From Lingula anatina (Eukaryota > Animalia > Brachiopoda), in contig CM120641.1 of NCBI GenBank assembly GCA_051362555.1, positions 25,984,401 through 26,048,400 on the forward strand: a stretch of DNA of 64,000 nt, in the 5' to 3' direction. Shown here one piece after another: positions 29,821-50,300 of the stretch; positions within the stretch are counted from its first letter, which is position 1; each line of letters begins with the position of its first letter. The position numbers and the translations under genes were made by a program. Below the pieces are notes generated by a model, which saw only the letters and a list, made by a program, of their open reading frames with translations, was not told the DNA's origin and ran no database searches.

Positions 29821-29838
29821 GTGTCCCTCTAGTGGTGA
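29821..29838 (-). promoter_or_regulatory. CTCF-like motif
   Basis: Minus strand TCACCACTAGAGGGACAC resembles the CTCF core CCASYAGRKGGCRS. Confidence 0.4.
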
Positions 29839-29996
29839 TTTTAAATACCATTCCCACAGGGAAAAAGCACTTCATGAAGTTGTCAAGGTTTTTAACAGGT
29901 TTGACTGCTCCATGCACATTTTTTCCTGTTGTTCTTGGTCTACATGTACATTCCATTCCACAGCCATAGTGTTACAGGTAGATCTACCCAGTATAC

Positions 29997-32696
29997 TCAA
30001 TTGGGTTTACTTGGTCTTTCATTCTCTAAGATTTCAATTTCTAGTTGCAGCTTTTTTTGCTTAAGTACCATTAATTTTGTGCTTTCTTCAAGGTATTGTT
30101 TGTAAATTTCATAAATTTGTCTTTTTGTGGATTTGGATTGACCTGGCAGCTGCAAAATAAACAATAAAACTGTACAATAAAAACTTTTCTCACAATTTAT
30201 TGCATGCATACATGTACAGGTAGTTCTTAAATGACAGTATAGGGAACATTTATTTCTTGAGTGCTTTTTAGTTCACTAAATTTATTTACTGTTATTTCAA
30301 TAATATACATACTTACATTTTTGTTACTTTCATTTTTTCCTGTATTTTCATCTGTAAGAATTTCATCCTGTAAAAAGAAAATACCTCAACTAAAGTGACC
30401 ACAAACCAGCAGATAATTTTAAAAGTGTCAGCAGAAATCATCAACTGCAAAAATGTGCGCATGATGTGGGGTTATAACCTTTAAGCAATAAGGGTGAAAC
30501 TCACTGCACCATGAATGTCTTCTTACATGTAGATACAATATAAAAGTAACACAGTTATTTGTATAAAAGTTAATGTTATGCAGCTAGCATACTGGCAGAA
30601 TATTCCATTTGTAACTTACGTATTAAAACTTTGTTACAGTTGTGAGTAGTTGCATCTACTTTATTTCTAATAATTGTCTACTATATTGAACTCAAATAAG
30701 TAAAATTGTTAAATAAAAAAGATGTTTATATACCTGTATATGCTGCACATCACATTCGTTTTTGAATTTTACTTACCGGGGGTACACTACCTTCTTCCAA
30801 TGCCAGATTTTCTTGCATCACTTAAAATGATAAGACAAATCTTTTTTAGTTACATATGTATATGTACACAGTATATGTGCATAGTGCATACGCACAAGGA
30901 CATTCAAAAGCTGTTTAAAAATTAAGTGTGGAATCGCATTTAAATGTTTATAACAAAAACAATTATTAACATTTTAAAATGAAGTCTGATTTTTTATATA
31001 ACTGAACTCAGAATTGAATGTTACTTTTTTGGTCTAATATCTTTATGGGACCATTCCCAGAGACTATCGAACTATCTTTGGATCGATCTATCTCCGAGGG
31101 GATTCTCACTAAATTGCTATTAACCTAAGTGGCTTAAATGTCTGTCATACCTACTAAAGCTGTTAGGGGGTAATTAACTACCAGAGGCCAAACGTGCATG
31201 AAAGTTAATTACCCCCTAGCTGATTTGTGATACATTTTATATCTAAAATAAAACTTGACTCATGAAAATGTAACTTTTCTCCAACATTTCTCACCAAAGT
31301 ATAGCCCAGTTTCAACTGAAGAGGAAGGCCTTGAAAGCCTTCCTTCCATATCTCTTATGATCTGATCCTCTGCAACAGACAGAGGAATTGTTGGTCCTCC
31401 CTCAGTTTGGTGTCTACACGAAGCATTCCTCTTCCTTTTGGCTATAAGAGAGAGAGAGAAATTTAGGTCATTTTTTATGCGTAATATAAAATATGTATGA
31501 TACATATATTTATTCTCCTATTTCAAAGCAGCAGCGACTGAGGCAGCTGAACTTTAAATCCGTACAAAAAATGGACTGCATATAAATATTGAAATTGCCC
31601 AAGCATGTTTATCAAACACTGCTATACATGTAGGTACTACATTTTTATTTGTAATCAAGAATTTCATTCATCTGATATTGCTTCTTTGAAGGCCATCAAT
31701 ATGATCTTGAAGTAAAAAAAAAAGTAAATATCCAACACACAATTTCACCAAAAATAGTAATTTAAGATGTCATAAATTAGAAATTTATGTTGTTAGCTTA
31801 CCACTTTGAACAATGTTTTTATATTTCTTTCTGACTTCCTCAGTGCTCCTCTTGATGGAAGGGTTCATGCTTTATACAATGACAGTGTAAAATATCAAAA
31901 TCACTGATATCAAGATTTCAAGCAAAAACTGATCTGCAAGATGCCTGTTGATAATATCTATTTAAAAGTGGTCTTTAAAGTCAATTAAGTATGGAAATGA
32001 TAAAGCACAAGCATTCTGAAAGGGGAGTTGTATTATTTTGTAGCATTCATGATATATATAAGATATAAAAAATGAAAAGAAAAAATTGTCAAATTCTGGA
32101 GGAAGCAATATTTGTGGAAAAGCATTAGCAGTGTTATACCCCAGTAAATAAGTTATGAATATTTAAAGCATTTCTTTGGGAATTTTACTTCATTATTATT
32201 ATTATATCTTATTATAAAAGAATATTCTAACATTTGCAATGACTTCCAACACAGAGAAAACAACAATGTACCTATTTAAAATACAGGCAATCTCTCCCCA
32301 TAATTCACGTTTACGACTTAGGGTTATCTTTGAGAAGACTTTTCCCTCAAGCAGGTCCCTTCTTTTGTTGTACTCTTCCACGAGAGTTACTTCTTCCATT
32401 CTGGTGAAGCATGGTTTTCTTCCTGCCTTGGCACTGGAGCTTGGTGAGGGTTGGTTGCTACATAATTCCTGCAAGGGAAACAATTAAACCACAGCTGCTG
32501 GGTAAAAGCTTATATTCAATTTCAAATGAAAATTTCACTGAGTACTAGTGCATCCACATGTACATGTACACACAACACTGAACAACCAACAAGGCACTAC
32601 AAAGTCTTGAGACAAATATACTATTCTGTTATTTGAAAGAGTTTTGTTTATATTTTTAGTGTACCTTATAAGAAATATTGATATATCACTTACCAT
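29997..32696 (-). CDS. Myb/SANT-like DNA-binding domain protein (MSANTD/NAIF1-like; PIF/Harbinger ORF2 family), ~220 aa
   Basis: Coding exons (minus): ATG 32696-32694 (end of exon 32720-32694), 32468-32272, 31869-31802, 31441-31295, 30820-30777, 30367-30317, 30149-29997; all phases join. Protein has RKPCFTRMEEVTLVEEYNKRRDLL...RKRELWGEIACILNS...RSTEEVRKKYKNI...TEGGP..LS..E..I, typical of Myb_DNA-bind_5, plus a C-terminal coiled coil (LKQKKLQLEIEILE). The two small central exons are less certain. Confidence 0.85.
31047..31218. mobile_element. MITE fragment (family A-like left arm) plus a 16-bp perfect inverted repeat
   Basis: GGGACCATTCCCA...GATC...GGGATTCTC resembles the 22019 arm. tagggggtaattaact (31164-31179) pairs with agttaattacccccta (31203-31218). 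Confidence 0.5.
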
Positions 32697-33786
32697 GCTT
32701 GAAATGTCTCTGCGTTCTACCTGAAGTAAAACATTACATTTGTGAAGCAACATTTACAAAAAATGTACTTATACAATGATATTTTAGTGCATGTGTCCTG
32801 CCAAAATATGCACATTGCCAAAACACGCCATAGGTATCATATGTGTATTCTACTGATACTGTGAAACAGTTAAATGAAATATTGTCCACAATTTTTCTTA
32901 AAGGAACACCAAAGTAATAATTTTAAATTTAAAACAAATTTGAAAAATACGATGACTTGGAGGGTATAATTTTGATGACTATTTTTCAAAATTTGTAACC
33001 AACTATTTGTACCATTGCATATACAATATATTTAATTTGGTGGGTATAACATAAAAATCATTCTCATGCCACCCTAGCACGAAAATTCATGCATTAGCAC
33101 TCCCACTGATGATTCTGATATTTACTGTCTGTGCTAAATTCATACTATTTTAATGTTTTGAAATATCTAAAACTGTGCTGAACAATCTCAAAATTTGTTG
33201 TTTTTCATTTTTGTAAAGCACTAGACAAACACTGTACTTATTTTGGGATGACATACTCAATATGAACAGCACTGTATTCATGTACATTTACAGTGCCTGG
33301 CACATTTAAACCATTAAAGGCAATTCAGTGCTATTACTTAGGCTTTCCTCTGTCCTTTGCATTCAGACCATGGCAATCAATATGCTGTTCATAAATACTG
33401 CATTAATATTATTATTGTTATTATTTGTTTATTTATTTTATTGTGATTATTATCATTGGTCAATTAGCCAAATTGTCATGTTATGAGAGGTCGACAAGAC
33501 ACGCACACACCCAAAAAAGGAACAATAATACAGGACAACATGCTCAACTTAGATGTTAATACATCACAATTATATAAAAATTTAACATAAGTGTTATCTG
33601 AATTATATCTGGTGCATCAATAGGCTTTCAAATTCAAGCTTCATTCCTTAACTAAGCAGGTATCATGGACTTTACACACAAATTTTACCTATTCGGATTT
33701 CTACCACACCCAAATCTTATTTTTTAAAAAGACCAACGTATTATATGAAAAATTTATTATTATTAAAATATATTTTACATTTTTAC

Positions 33787-34107
33787 CTTTGTCGTGGTAA
33801 TTTAACTCGAATGATTGAAGCTAACCCTCACCAGATTCTGGCAGACGACAGCGATTTCTTCCTTCTTTTCAAAAAGATTTTAGCAGGCTGCTGGAAGTGA
33901 AACGCTTCTAGAACAATACGTGGCCGGGTATCTACTTTAAGCAGTCTAAGCTTAGCCCAAAAACGTTAAACTTTTATTTAAAGTAATTTTCACAAGAATA
34001 GCCAAAATACTAAAACCTAATTCAGCGAAACTCAGCGTCTAGTGCTCTCCTAGTTTACAGCGACATCTATAGATTTACTTCCTCGAGACCGAATTGTTTG
34101 AAAATGG
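33787..34107. promoter_or_regulatory. Bidirectional promoter and first exons shared by the Myb/SANT gene (-) and CLHC1 (+)
   Basis: Minus-strand donors at 33786 (AAG|gtaaaa) and 33831 (CTG|gtgagg) lie ~300 bp from the CLHC1 start codon at 34108, inside one CpG-richer patch. Confidence 0.6.
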
Positions 34108-40569
<6,462 letters not shown>

Positions 40570-41004
40570 TTTCGTGTGCTTTCTTTCAATTGTGAATTTT
40601 TTTGTGAGAAGTATGTGTGAAAGAAATGATGTAACATATTCCTATTCCTAGTGATAAAAAAAGGTATAAAACCCAAGGTAACTGTCATTTTACAAAATTA
40701 TAACTTTTTAAAAATCCTTTTTGAAACAGCAAAAATATCAGATATGGCATTCAATAACAAGTAATAAGTGACATAAAAGATATATTATTAAACTTGTACT
40801 ACCCCTCATTGTATTATTTGATGATGCTTTTGCATTGTAATATATAATAAACTTATATAAAGGAATATTTTGGTAAGAAAAATAAATCATCATATAAAAA
40901 TTCTGCACTTTGCCTTCATCCATCATTTATTTTTTATTGTCAGTGTGGAAAAAACAAACTAGAGAGAAAAGGACATCCAACCTCACTGGTATCAATTCAG
41001 TAGT

Positions 41005-41036
<32 letters not shown>

Positions 41037-41104
41037 ACTGAGATTACTGATTACTCACTGAAAGTAATTTATGCTCTGGAAATCATACCATTATGTAAAA
41101 TAAG

Positions 41105-41200
41105 GAGACATGTCAATCTGTTCATCTTAATGCATTCAGCTAGACTCCCACGGAGTTGGATCGATATACCTAGAACAACAGTTTCATTGGAAATGAGCCC
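41105..41200. mobile_element. Right half of a family A MITE
   Basis: gagacatgtcaatctg...gcattcagc...gagttggatcgatatac...ggaaatgagccc is similar to 22166-22260. Confidence 0.65.
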
Positions 41201-44187
41201 TTAGTGTGCTTTTATTGGTTTTTGTGGAGAAATATGAAACGGTTTTTTGCAAAACCTAACGGCCACAGCTACGTAAATTACATGTACAGGGGTAATTTAT
41301 GTGAATCTTGGGGATGAGGGAGATGGAATCCTTTTACGTTGAAAAATAAATGCGTTTCCTTGAGTTTCCTTCCCACAGACCACTATCTTCTGTTTCTAAA
41401 GCGTTTAGCGAATAACTAAAATTAAATGAGACAGATCCATCTAGCTCCGTTATATGAAAAGCTCTCGCAAAACCATACCGCCAATTTGGTAAAAAACCAC
41501 GTTTTCAGCTTGGGACACCGGAAATGTCGGCAGGTTCTTCTGTATGCATGCAACAAGACTACTGGCTTCAATATTGGCAGCGGTGGTTTTTCGTTTGTGC
41601 AATTCTTCTCAATCGATTATTTACCACAAATGACTTACATTTTCACCTCTGTTTAACGAAAACAAAATACGCATGACGTGACGGATCGAGTTTTTGCATG
41701 CTTCACAATGAGAGATGGCTGATGTTACGCATACTTCTGTTTGTTTTAATGAGATTTCTGTTTGTGAATTCCCTTTCGTTTCACCTGAGAGATATATTGT
41801 TACCGTCTATCTATTCATCCGCTTGATTCCTTTAATTCTGACTTCCCGCACGCAGAAGAGGAAAATAAGTGAGATCGTCTTTACATTCTCAATTTTCAGG
41901 CAAATTATTAATTTTTTTTTCATTCCTTTTTTTCGATCTAAAATACTTCTGTCGACTGTTAACGATTCCGAATTTTTGACTCACGAAGCTCAAATGAAAA
42001 ACGAACGAATATGAGATGAAAGCAAGCAAATTAATCATGTTCTCTGCTCAAATCCTTGTCACTCATTAATGTTATACTATTCCCGTTTAAAACTTTTCCA
42101 AAGTCGCATTTTCTATGTTTTCCATATCCTGCAAAGTTACAAGTGCTTATCTGTCACAATTCAGAGATGAAATCCCTCAAATAAAAGTAGGCCTGTCAGA
42201 TGTTGATATATTTTTCTGAAATATACAGGAAGGCATGGCGGAGTAAAACGCTACGGGAATCATTTAGAACTACATTATTTAATGAAAAAATGGTATGAAA
42301 TATCCCGTCCAAATTTACGGACTGGTCGAGCAACAATTCGGGAGCAGGAAAAAAATTACTTCTTTTTCAAGGAAAATTCGATTAGGCTGGAAAATCCCGG
42401 ACAGGATGCTTTTAAATAATGTCAGAATATACGAATACAACTCATGAAAAATATAATAAACCATTCCAGAAAGTTTTAGGAAGAGTTTGTGCGTTTTCAC
42501 AAGACTGAGAGATTCGGGTTTTAAGTAACCAGGCGACACTATGTCTTCCTAATCTAACTTAATAACTGTTCTCTGGTTGACGCAGGTCTTTTCCTCTGAA
42601 ACAAAACTGATGTCTTTATTTTATTATCATTTTTATTTTTAGCCTACGGAAAAACGATTGCTTTTGAAATATGGATAAACAAGCAGTATAGATATACTTC
42701 ATTCAATGACATTGTTTCATCGTGTTAAGTACACGAGGACGGCGCGTGTATCTCAGTCATGCATTGTGATAGCGCGCGTGCTGGTGGAAATTAAGCATGA
42801 CAGCTACTGGGTTTCTTAATTAGCCATATGGAGTTAGGTGATGTAAAGAGTAACGAGAATGCTGCAGTGGAGAGCCCAGATTTAATCAGTCATTTATTCC
42901 TTCCCTTTTATAACCAACGTTGCCACATGATCGGATTGTCTTGTTTTGTTTTGTTTCGTTTTTGTTTTGTTTTGTTTTTCTTTTATCCATCTACAATTAT
43001 AAACATTACTTTATTCATTTCTACTTATCTGTTCATTTATTCATAAATAGAAATTTGGTCAGCATTATTATTGCCAAGAACGTAAAATTGATAACTTATT
43101 TTAAAATACGAATCTATCTCAAAAATGTTGTTAAATTCAGAATAAACCTTTTTTCGTCAGTCCATAGTCTCCGTTGAATGTTTATGTAGACATGTTTAGA
43201 TGGGTTTAGATAGCTTTAGATATAAATTCTTTTTTCTGATTATAAGTGTTTTCGTGCCGTCTGTCTGCCTAAGTCTGTTAATTCCATTGCTTTCATTTCT
43301 TTTCCAGATTAAATAATACATTGTGCACTTTTAATTTAGTAAGCGGTTGGATACAAGACGCGTAACTAGTGGCAAATGTTACAAGCGAGAAATTAATAAA
43401 CTGAGCACGACATGATTATATCAGGGTAGAAAGTAAACAGAAGAGAATTTGGGTTACTTTTGCAAACATGAATTATATATTCAAACTCATCACATATGAT
43501 GTGGCATATTGGAAATAATATGTTACTTCGACTGGGCTAGGTCTTTGCGGCTTATTTCTATTTATAATATGTCTAATGTAATGACGCATTATGGCCTGCA
43601 CAATGGTATTAGATCAACAGGTTACGATCAGGTGCCAAAGAGTCGAGGGCAACAATGCTGCATATTTCACGTCTTGGAGTCACTTCTGTACCTCTTTTCA
43701 TCAAACATAAACACAGAGCCTGAAATTCCCGACCTTTCACTATTTTCTACGGTCTAAAAATATTGTATGCGTCTTATTACCTGCGGCAAGAATAGCGTAT
43801 GAAACTACAACGCACCAATCTATTGAAAATTGCAAACAGAAGGTCAGGCAGGAGAAAAGGGTGCTGGTCTAGCTTTTTTACCTTGTTACAAAAATGGACT
43901 ATTATAGTGATTTGGAACGGAAAAGTAAATACATTGATATTTATGAGAAAGTTATTTATTTGGGGTTCTAGTGAATGCGTTATTATTGTTGGAGTACAAT
44001 GTCACTCGCGTCTTTACAATGCGGCTGCTCTCTGTATAAACTTTCACACAGTCACACGTAAAGGTGAGTTAAAATTAAGACTTGTTTACTTTTGATTAAT
44101 TCCCCATTTCATACTCGATCGTCTCTAAATTATTGTGGTATAAATATTTTGTCAGTTACTTTAGCAGAGCTCTCGATCTGTGCCGTT

Positions 44188-44260
44188 TTTATTGGATGAA
44201 AGGAGACGGAAAGCCGACTTGACTTATTATTTGCCCCCGTGCAGTAGCCAATCGCATCGC
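44188..44260 (+). promoter_or_regulatory. Six4/5 proximal promoter with two CCAAT boxes
   Basis: ATTGG at ~44191 and AGCCAATC at ~44246, 140-200 bp upstream of the ATG. Motif match only. Confidence 0.35.
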
Positions 44261-44387
44261 TTTTAATCGCTATTGTCATCGATTGATATTAAAGCAGTGC
44301 ATACAGAGAGGAGTGGAGCGGCTGAAAACACACAGAGGCACAAGGTGAGAGGAGTCCAAACAGCCTGGTCTACTGGGGGAAAGAAGC

Positions 44388-47300
44388 ATGGCAGCAACGG
44401 ACCACACGGCGGCCAATTGCGGCCCCAGTCTCTCCCGCACGGCCTCGCCCTCGGGAAGCATGTCTCCGCACTCCGATCACACACCGCCACAGCCTTTGAA
44501 TGACAGTACAGCGCAAAAATCTGAGCCCAATACATCGGAATTAATGAACAGTAAAAATATGACTTTCTCGCCAGAACAGGTGGCATGTGTGTGTGAGGCG
44601 CTCCAACAAAGTGGGAACATAGACCGTCTGGCCAGATTTCTATGGTCTTTGCCGCCCAGTGAGTTACTCCGAGGGAGCGAGGCGGTCTTAAAAGCCAGAG
44701 CCATCGTTGCTTTTCACAGGGGGAACTTTCGAGAGTTGTACGCTATTCTAGAGAGCCATAACTTTGACACTGTCAACCACTCCATGTTACAACAACTTTG
44801 GTACAAAGCACATTATATGGAGGCCCAAAAAATCCGCGGACGACCTCTAGGGGCCGTAGATAAATACCGATTACGGAGAAAATACCCCCTCCCTAAAACC
44901 ATATGGGACGGGGAAGAAACAGTATATTGCTTTAAAGAGAAGTCCCGTCAAGCGTTGAAGGAGTGCTATAAACAGAACCGCTATCCCACCCCTGACGAAA
45001 AGCGCAACTTAGCCAAAAAGACTGGTCTCACATTAACCCAAGTTAGTAACTGGTTTAAAAACAGGCGGCAGAGAGACAGAACACCCCAACAACATCACCA
45101 ACAACAGCAACAACAGCATCAACAACAGCAGCAGCCACAGCATTTGAGAGGGTAAGTAGCTCAGCGTCTCTAATTTAGATAACCCTACATAACCCTGTGC
45201 AATGTTAACTGTGACAGCAAAATTGACACCTTAAAAAAGTAAATTGATGATTTATGATATTGAAGTAAATTACTTTGTATATAAAAAAACTCTCCTTAAC
45301 TTTCTGCCAAAATATGTCTCGTGCTTCACATATTCGCTCTGATGATTTACAATCGCTCCTTTCTTAATTTTTCTCAAACACGGAACTTAGGTGTATTGAG
45401 AAATCAGCAGTCGTGCTGTTTGGTTTCATACTTTTGTTGGAATCCGTGAACTTTCCTTTGAACTGTTGCTAAGTAGAGACAAATTATTTTACATGAGTTC
45501 TCATCCGTTAAGCTGTAATTTATGTTGCAGTATTGAAACGCATACATTCGCGCCTGAGTCACAACCGGTGCTAAGGGGGCTGATTTTATAAAACCACCCA
45601 AACTGAAAGCCTCAACTCACAAGCACAAATAACCTCCATGTCCCGGGCGGACTCCCATTTAATTCGTCTGAAATCTCTTTTATCTGTTCAGTGTTGGGCT
45701 CTACAGGTCGCATAGAAAAGTTTGTGACCAAGAATAAAGTTGTCACTACTCAAATCCTAATCAGTGCGTGTCCTACTGTGTAGAGAGTGGACCAAAAAGA
45801 TGGAACAGAATATATATCAGTACCGAAGGAGCACATGAATTAGATTATTCCTATGAATCATCTGCCAGGATGATTATTTTGTACGTAGTGTTTGGTTATT
45901 ATATATTACATAAATTGCTTTATAAAAAAAAGGCTTTCTGGGTATGATTGCCAGAGAAAGCAAAATAAATAAAATCAGCAACTTGATGATCACGCAAACT
46001 TTCGTTGCGGATTAGATTTATGAATTATCACACAGAAGCTATTGTGTTCTAAAAAGGATTGGATGAGCTTAAATGTCTATAGAACTTCAGTTTCTCAAAG
46101 TACGGAAACTTCCAATTCTTTTAAAAAGAGAAAGATATAATCTCTCCCCAAAACTAAAGTGAAACAGAATTAAATTAAATGAAACAATGTAAGATAATTT
46201 TCTCAGAAAATGAAATGACACTTTGGACTTACAAGTAAAATATTCCGTTTCTGTTATAGATCCGTGAAGACGTTTTGTTAACGCACTTCACCTGAAAAGC
46301 ATCTTGTCAAGTAGAAGGCTCGTGGGGTTTTTCCTTTGTTGAAACAAACAATCGGCTTTTTAGGATAATTCCATATAGTACAGCTTAGCGTAGAAGGTGT
46401 GGGTATAAAAAGAACTTTCTCCATAGGCTCTTAACTTCAAATAAGAAATGCGTGTCTTAAAGAGGGGAGACCACCTAGAACGCGCTGTCACGAAGGAAAG
46501 AACCACGTCGTTGAAGGCCTGAATTGTCCTGCTTTGACAGACTGTGCAATTGTACAAACTTAAGTTCATAAAAATAAAACTCTTTAAACGGTTCGCCTAT
46601 TTGTCATGGAAGTGCTTATTCAAGAAATGCACAGGGAAGACGTAGCCTTCTTACCAGAATTTTTTCTTTCTACGTCGTGGTTTGGCCGTGTATATAAAGG
46701 AACTTGTGTCTTCCTCCACATTAATACGTGAGACAACCTGCTTCCGTACTGATAAGGTACATAACGATATCACAAGAGTTGCAGTCTGGGATATTGCATC
46801 TTGATTTATATTCAAATATATTGTTTTTATGCAATTTTATATTCATATATGGTTTTAACAGAGCTTGTCTCAAAAGCGTTTTTTTAATTTTTATTTTATT
46901 CCCAAATAATTAGTATCATGATTTGCTTCAATCCATAAACATTCTCGTTTCCTACGCTTTCAAAAATTCTTTAAAATATGAAAATGAATAATAATAAATA
47001 CCTCTTCAGAACAGTTCAATTCTTAGTCAAATGATAAATTTCATGTTGCAAGAACGCGATGGAAATTGATTAGAACTGCTTTTTTTCTTCAGTTAGCTCA
47101 CGTAAAATGATTTACCTACAAGTTTTGAAAATTATGTCGGCAAGAAAATTGTTGACTGGGTAAGCAATCAATTTAGGCGTGGCTGTTAGGTGATGGGAGA
47201 AAAATGTTTTTCTCTTTGTTAACGACCTTATAACATCTCTATTCAGTTCACAGTTTAAAGAGACTACTATTTGCCTCAAGGGAGTGGTCTGGGCTGACTT

Positions 47301-50300
47301 CTAAAGGGAATTTTACCTCGTTACTTATCAAACTACATTCTAGCTTTTCTAGGGGCCTGCGTGATCGCCAAGGGGATTTTTCTCTACATCAATATACTTG
47401 CCATATCTAACATATATGGCAAATCTCGATAAACTGTTCTTTAATTAATAATTACGTTTGCAACATGCGACAAAGTGGATTTTAGCTTGAAATAAATCTA
47501 AGGTCACTAACTATCCCAGAACTTATTTTGATTCACAAGAAGAACGGCTGCAATCTGTTTCCTCTAACAGGATTTGACAAGGGAACTATATAAGTACAAT
47601 GTGATCTTTAATAGTGACTGTTTTCTTTCCTTTTCATAAAAACAAAGTCTATATTTCGTTGCAGAAACGGATTTTGATGAACTTTTTTTTATCAATTTCA
47701 ACTTCACATTTCTCGTTCTCTCAAAAACACTGTATACCTGCACATTTCCTCAATATCAACTTCACTTTTCCCGTCTACTCAAAAACCCTGTATAATAAGA
47801 AATAATTAATAATTAATAAATATGCTGTCCTGACCGGAATGGATTACAATTTGTTTTCGCTATTTAAAACTTCCGTGCGTGAGCTCGTATCCCGATGTAG
47901 CTTCAAAATTTATTCCGTGTAAATGTGTAAGATATGACAAATGAACGTTTTCTTAACCCAATCAATTACACCAATTGCTTCATTTTGGCATTATGAATTC
48001 GTTTATTTCCCTTTTTTCACACAAATGGTTTATTTATATTGTATAAGACATATATCAATTAAATGTATAATATAAACTAAAGGCTAACCCTCTGAAAACT
48101 GCATCAGGCGATATATACGCCGGTGTTCTATTGATTTTGATACGGGGTATTTATTCTATGGCTTTGAGTTGAAACCATGTATTTTTCATACTTCTCTGAA
48201 TTTGGGTAAATATAATTTGCTTTTTACATAAATTTCCTTTCTCTCAGGGAAGTAGAATCATAAATATTGCTTCAATACGTACAATGGGAACTTATTCCAA
48301 TCGATTTCTATAAGACAACTGGAATTGTCAAGCTTCGTTAATTTTTTATATAGTTTACGTTTTGTATGACAAATTAACAGAAATTCAGGTCTTGCAGACA
48401 TTTTTAGTTACTGTTTTTTATCTTTGGCTTTGTCGTGTATTATAATATCGTGATGAATTAAATTATTCATTTTTTAATCAACTTAATACAATCTTGGGAA
48501 TGGTCGCTTCAGATGCACTAGATCACCAACTGGCAAGAATGTTAAAAAGTAGTGTAACTTCCTTAAATTTGGAATCTTCGGATAATTTTCTAGTTCTCAC
48601 ACAAGCGCGTCGTTTGTCAATGATAGAGAACGTTTCATGTCAACTCAATTAAAACAAGGATAGTGAAACCGTTGGGTAGCGTGATCATTTGCCCGATGGC
48701 GGCTGATATCTACATATTAGCCTTAAGTGCACTAAAGTCATGATTTAACCCGCCGAAATTACGTCCTTCACACGCGGCAGGCTAAAAGTCGCACTTAACC
48801 GCGCGACCTCTACGGCCTGGGTTACGCAAAGTCCCAACCGCAACAAATGTTATGTCACTCAAAACAAATGGGTATTTAGTTTCAAAATATTAACTATAAT
48901 GCCGAAAGCGAGGATAATGTTTTCAAAGATTTGCCATTGAAGTTCAATACGTATTGCAGACTTTTGGTGATGGCTTAGTCGAATAACATGATGTGAACCT
49001 TCCAGCGACACATTTTTGTTATTAGAAATATATATTTAACGAAACTCCGAAAAAGAGGAATGTATGATGGAAGACAAACAAAAGACCGTATTAAAAAAAT
49101 AAGCTATTCATATATATATACATATAGAACTAAGCATGTCTGTGTCAATTTTATAACATCTAGATAAGCGGCAGAGCTTCATCCTATTGAATGTACATTA
49201 TTCCGTGTAGTTTATCTTTTTTAGATAATTCTAGGAAACTTAATACTTACTGTCATATATTTATAAGTGAAGATACGGATTCAAAGTCACATCATTCTAT
49301 AATAACATATTTGATTGTAACTGTTAAGCTCACCTAACACGCAGATAGCCACATTCAAAACAGTTGACAACTGTTTTACTAGATAACTCCCCACGCGCAA
49401 AAACAATAATGATAATGATAAAATCTGAATGTGTTTTAGTGCAATACTGTAAAGAGGCATTTCAAAGTTGCCTTTTTTCCCAAAAACATGCGCAGCATTT
49501 TACTTTATTGGACGCTGTAATTCTTTATACAGATACACATGAAACTAAGTTAAATAAACTATAATTACTTATAGTAAATTGATTCTAAATTTGTTTTTCA
49601 GTGGTTCTTAAAATGACGTTGGGGTTCAGATACAAACATTGTCAATATCAGAAATGTTTATTGTTTTTGAAAAGATAACATAAGAAAAACTCATCTCAAG
49701 GACCAAAATATTTCCTTTAATTATGGGTATTGCGCTTTCTTAATTCTATTCCTGGTGGGGAAAAGAACCTTTTTAATGCCATTTCCAGTGGAGAACTAGG
49801 CCGTATTTATGATGGCAAATCCCAAATACGATATTAATCCCAGCTGGCAGATATTAAATTTTATAATCTCATGTTTTCTAAACATTTTTGTCTTTATAAA
49901 TGACCAAAGCATGATCTGTCATTGGTTTCATTGACTAAAACATTTATCGTTATTTATTTGCAATCCATATAATGTATTGTCATTAGTAATACTATGATGC
50001 ATGTTCAAAATAAATTATTCTAAATTTTCAGTTGAGAAATACGATTTAATACTTGAATAATTATATAAGATTTTTGCAGTTCATTTAGTCAAGACTTCAG
50101 TTGCGTCGGGAAATTTTTAGATGAAGATTCGTAACTTATGTCTATCTTTATGACAGTTTTGGCGTGGGATCTCATCTTTATACATTCATATTCCATAACT
50201 CCTTTCTTATATCACCAGAAATATGAAATCAATAGAAACAAAAATGTTCAAAGTTCGCACGTCTATTACAGAGATATGGGCCTCGGTGAAGAAAACATGA

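Noticed and set aside
27740-29990. Possible Harbinger transposase partner of the Myb/SANT gene (ORFs at 29759-30064 etc.)
   Set aside because: No GxIDGTH, LGDxGY or ERxxGxLKxR motifs recognised, and the ORFs are short and unrelated.
29750-29999. Readthrough or selenocysteine at the Myb/SANT TGA (frame stays open ~40 codons to another TGA)
   Set aside because: No convincing SECIS or readthrough context, and the extension resembles nothing recognisable.
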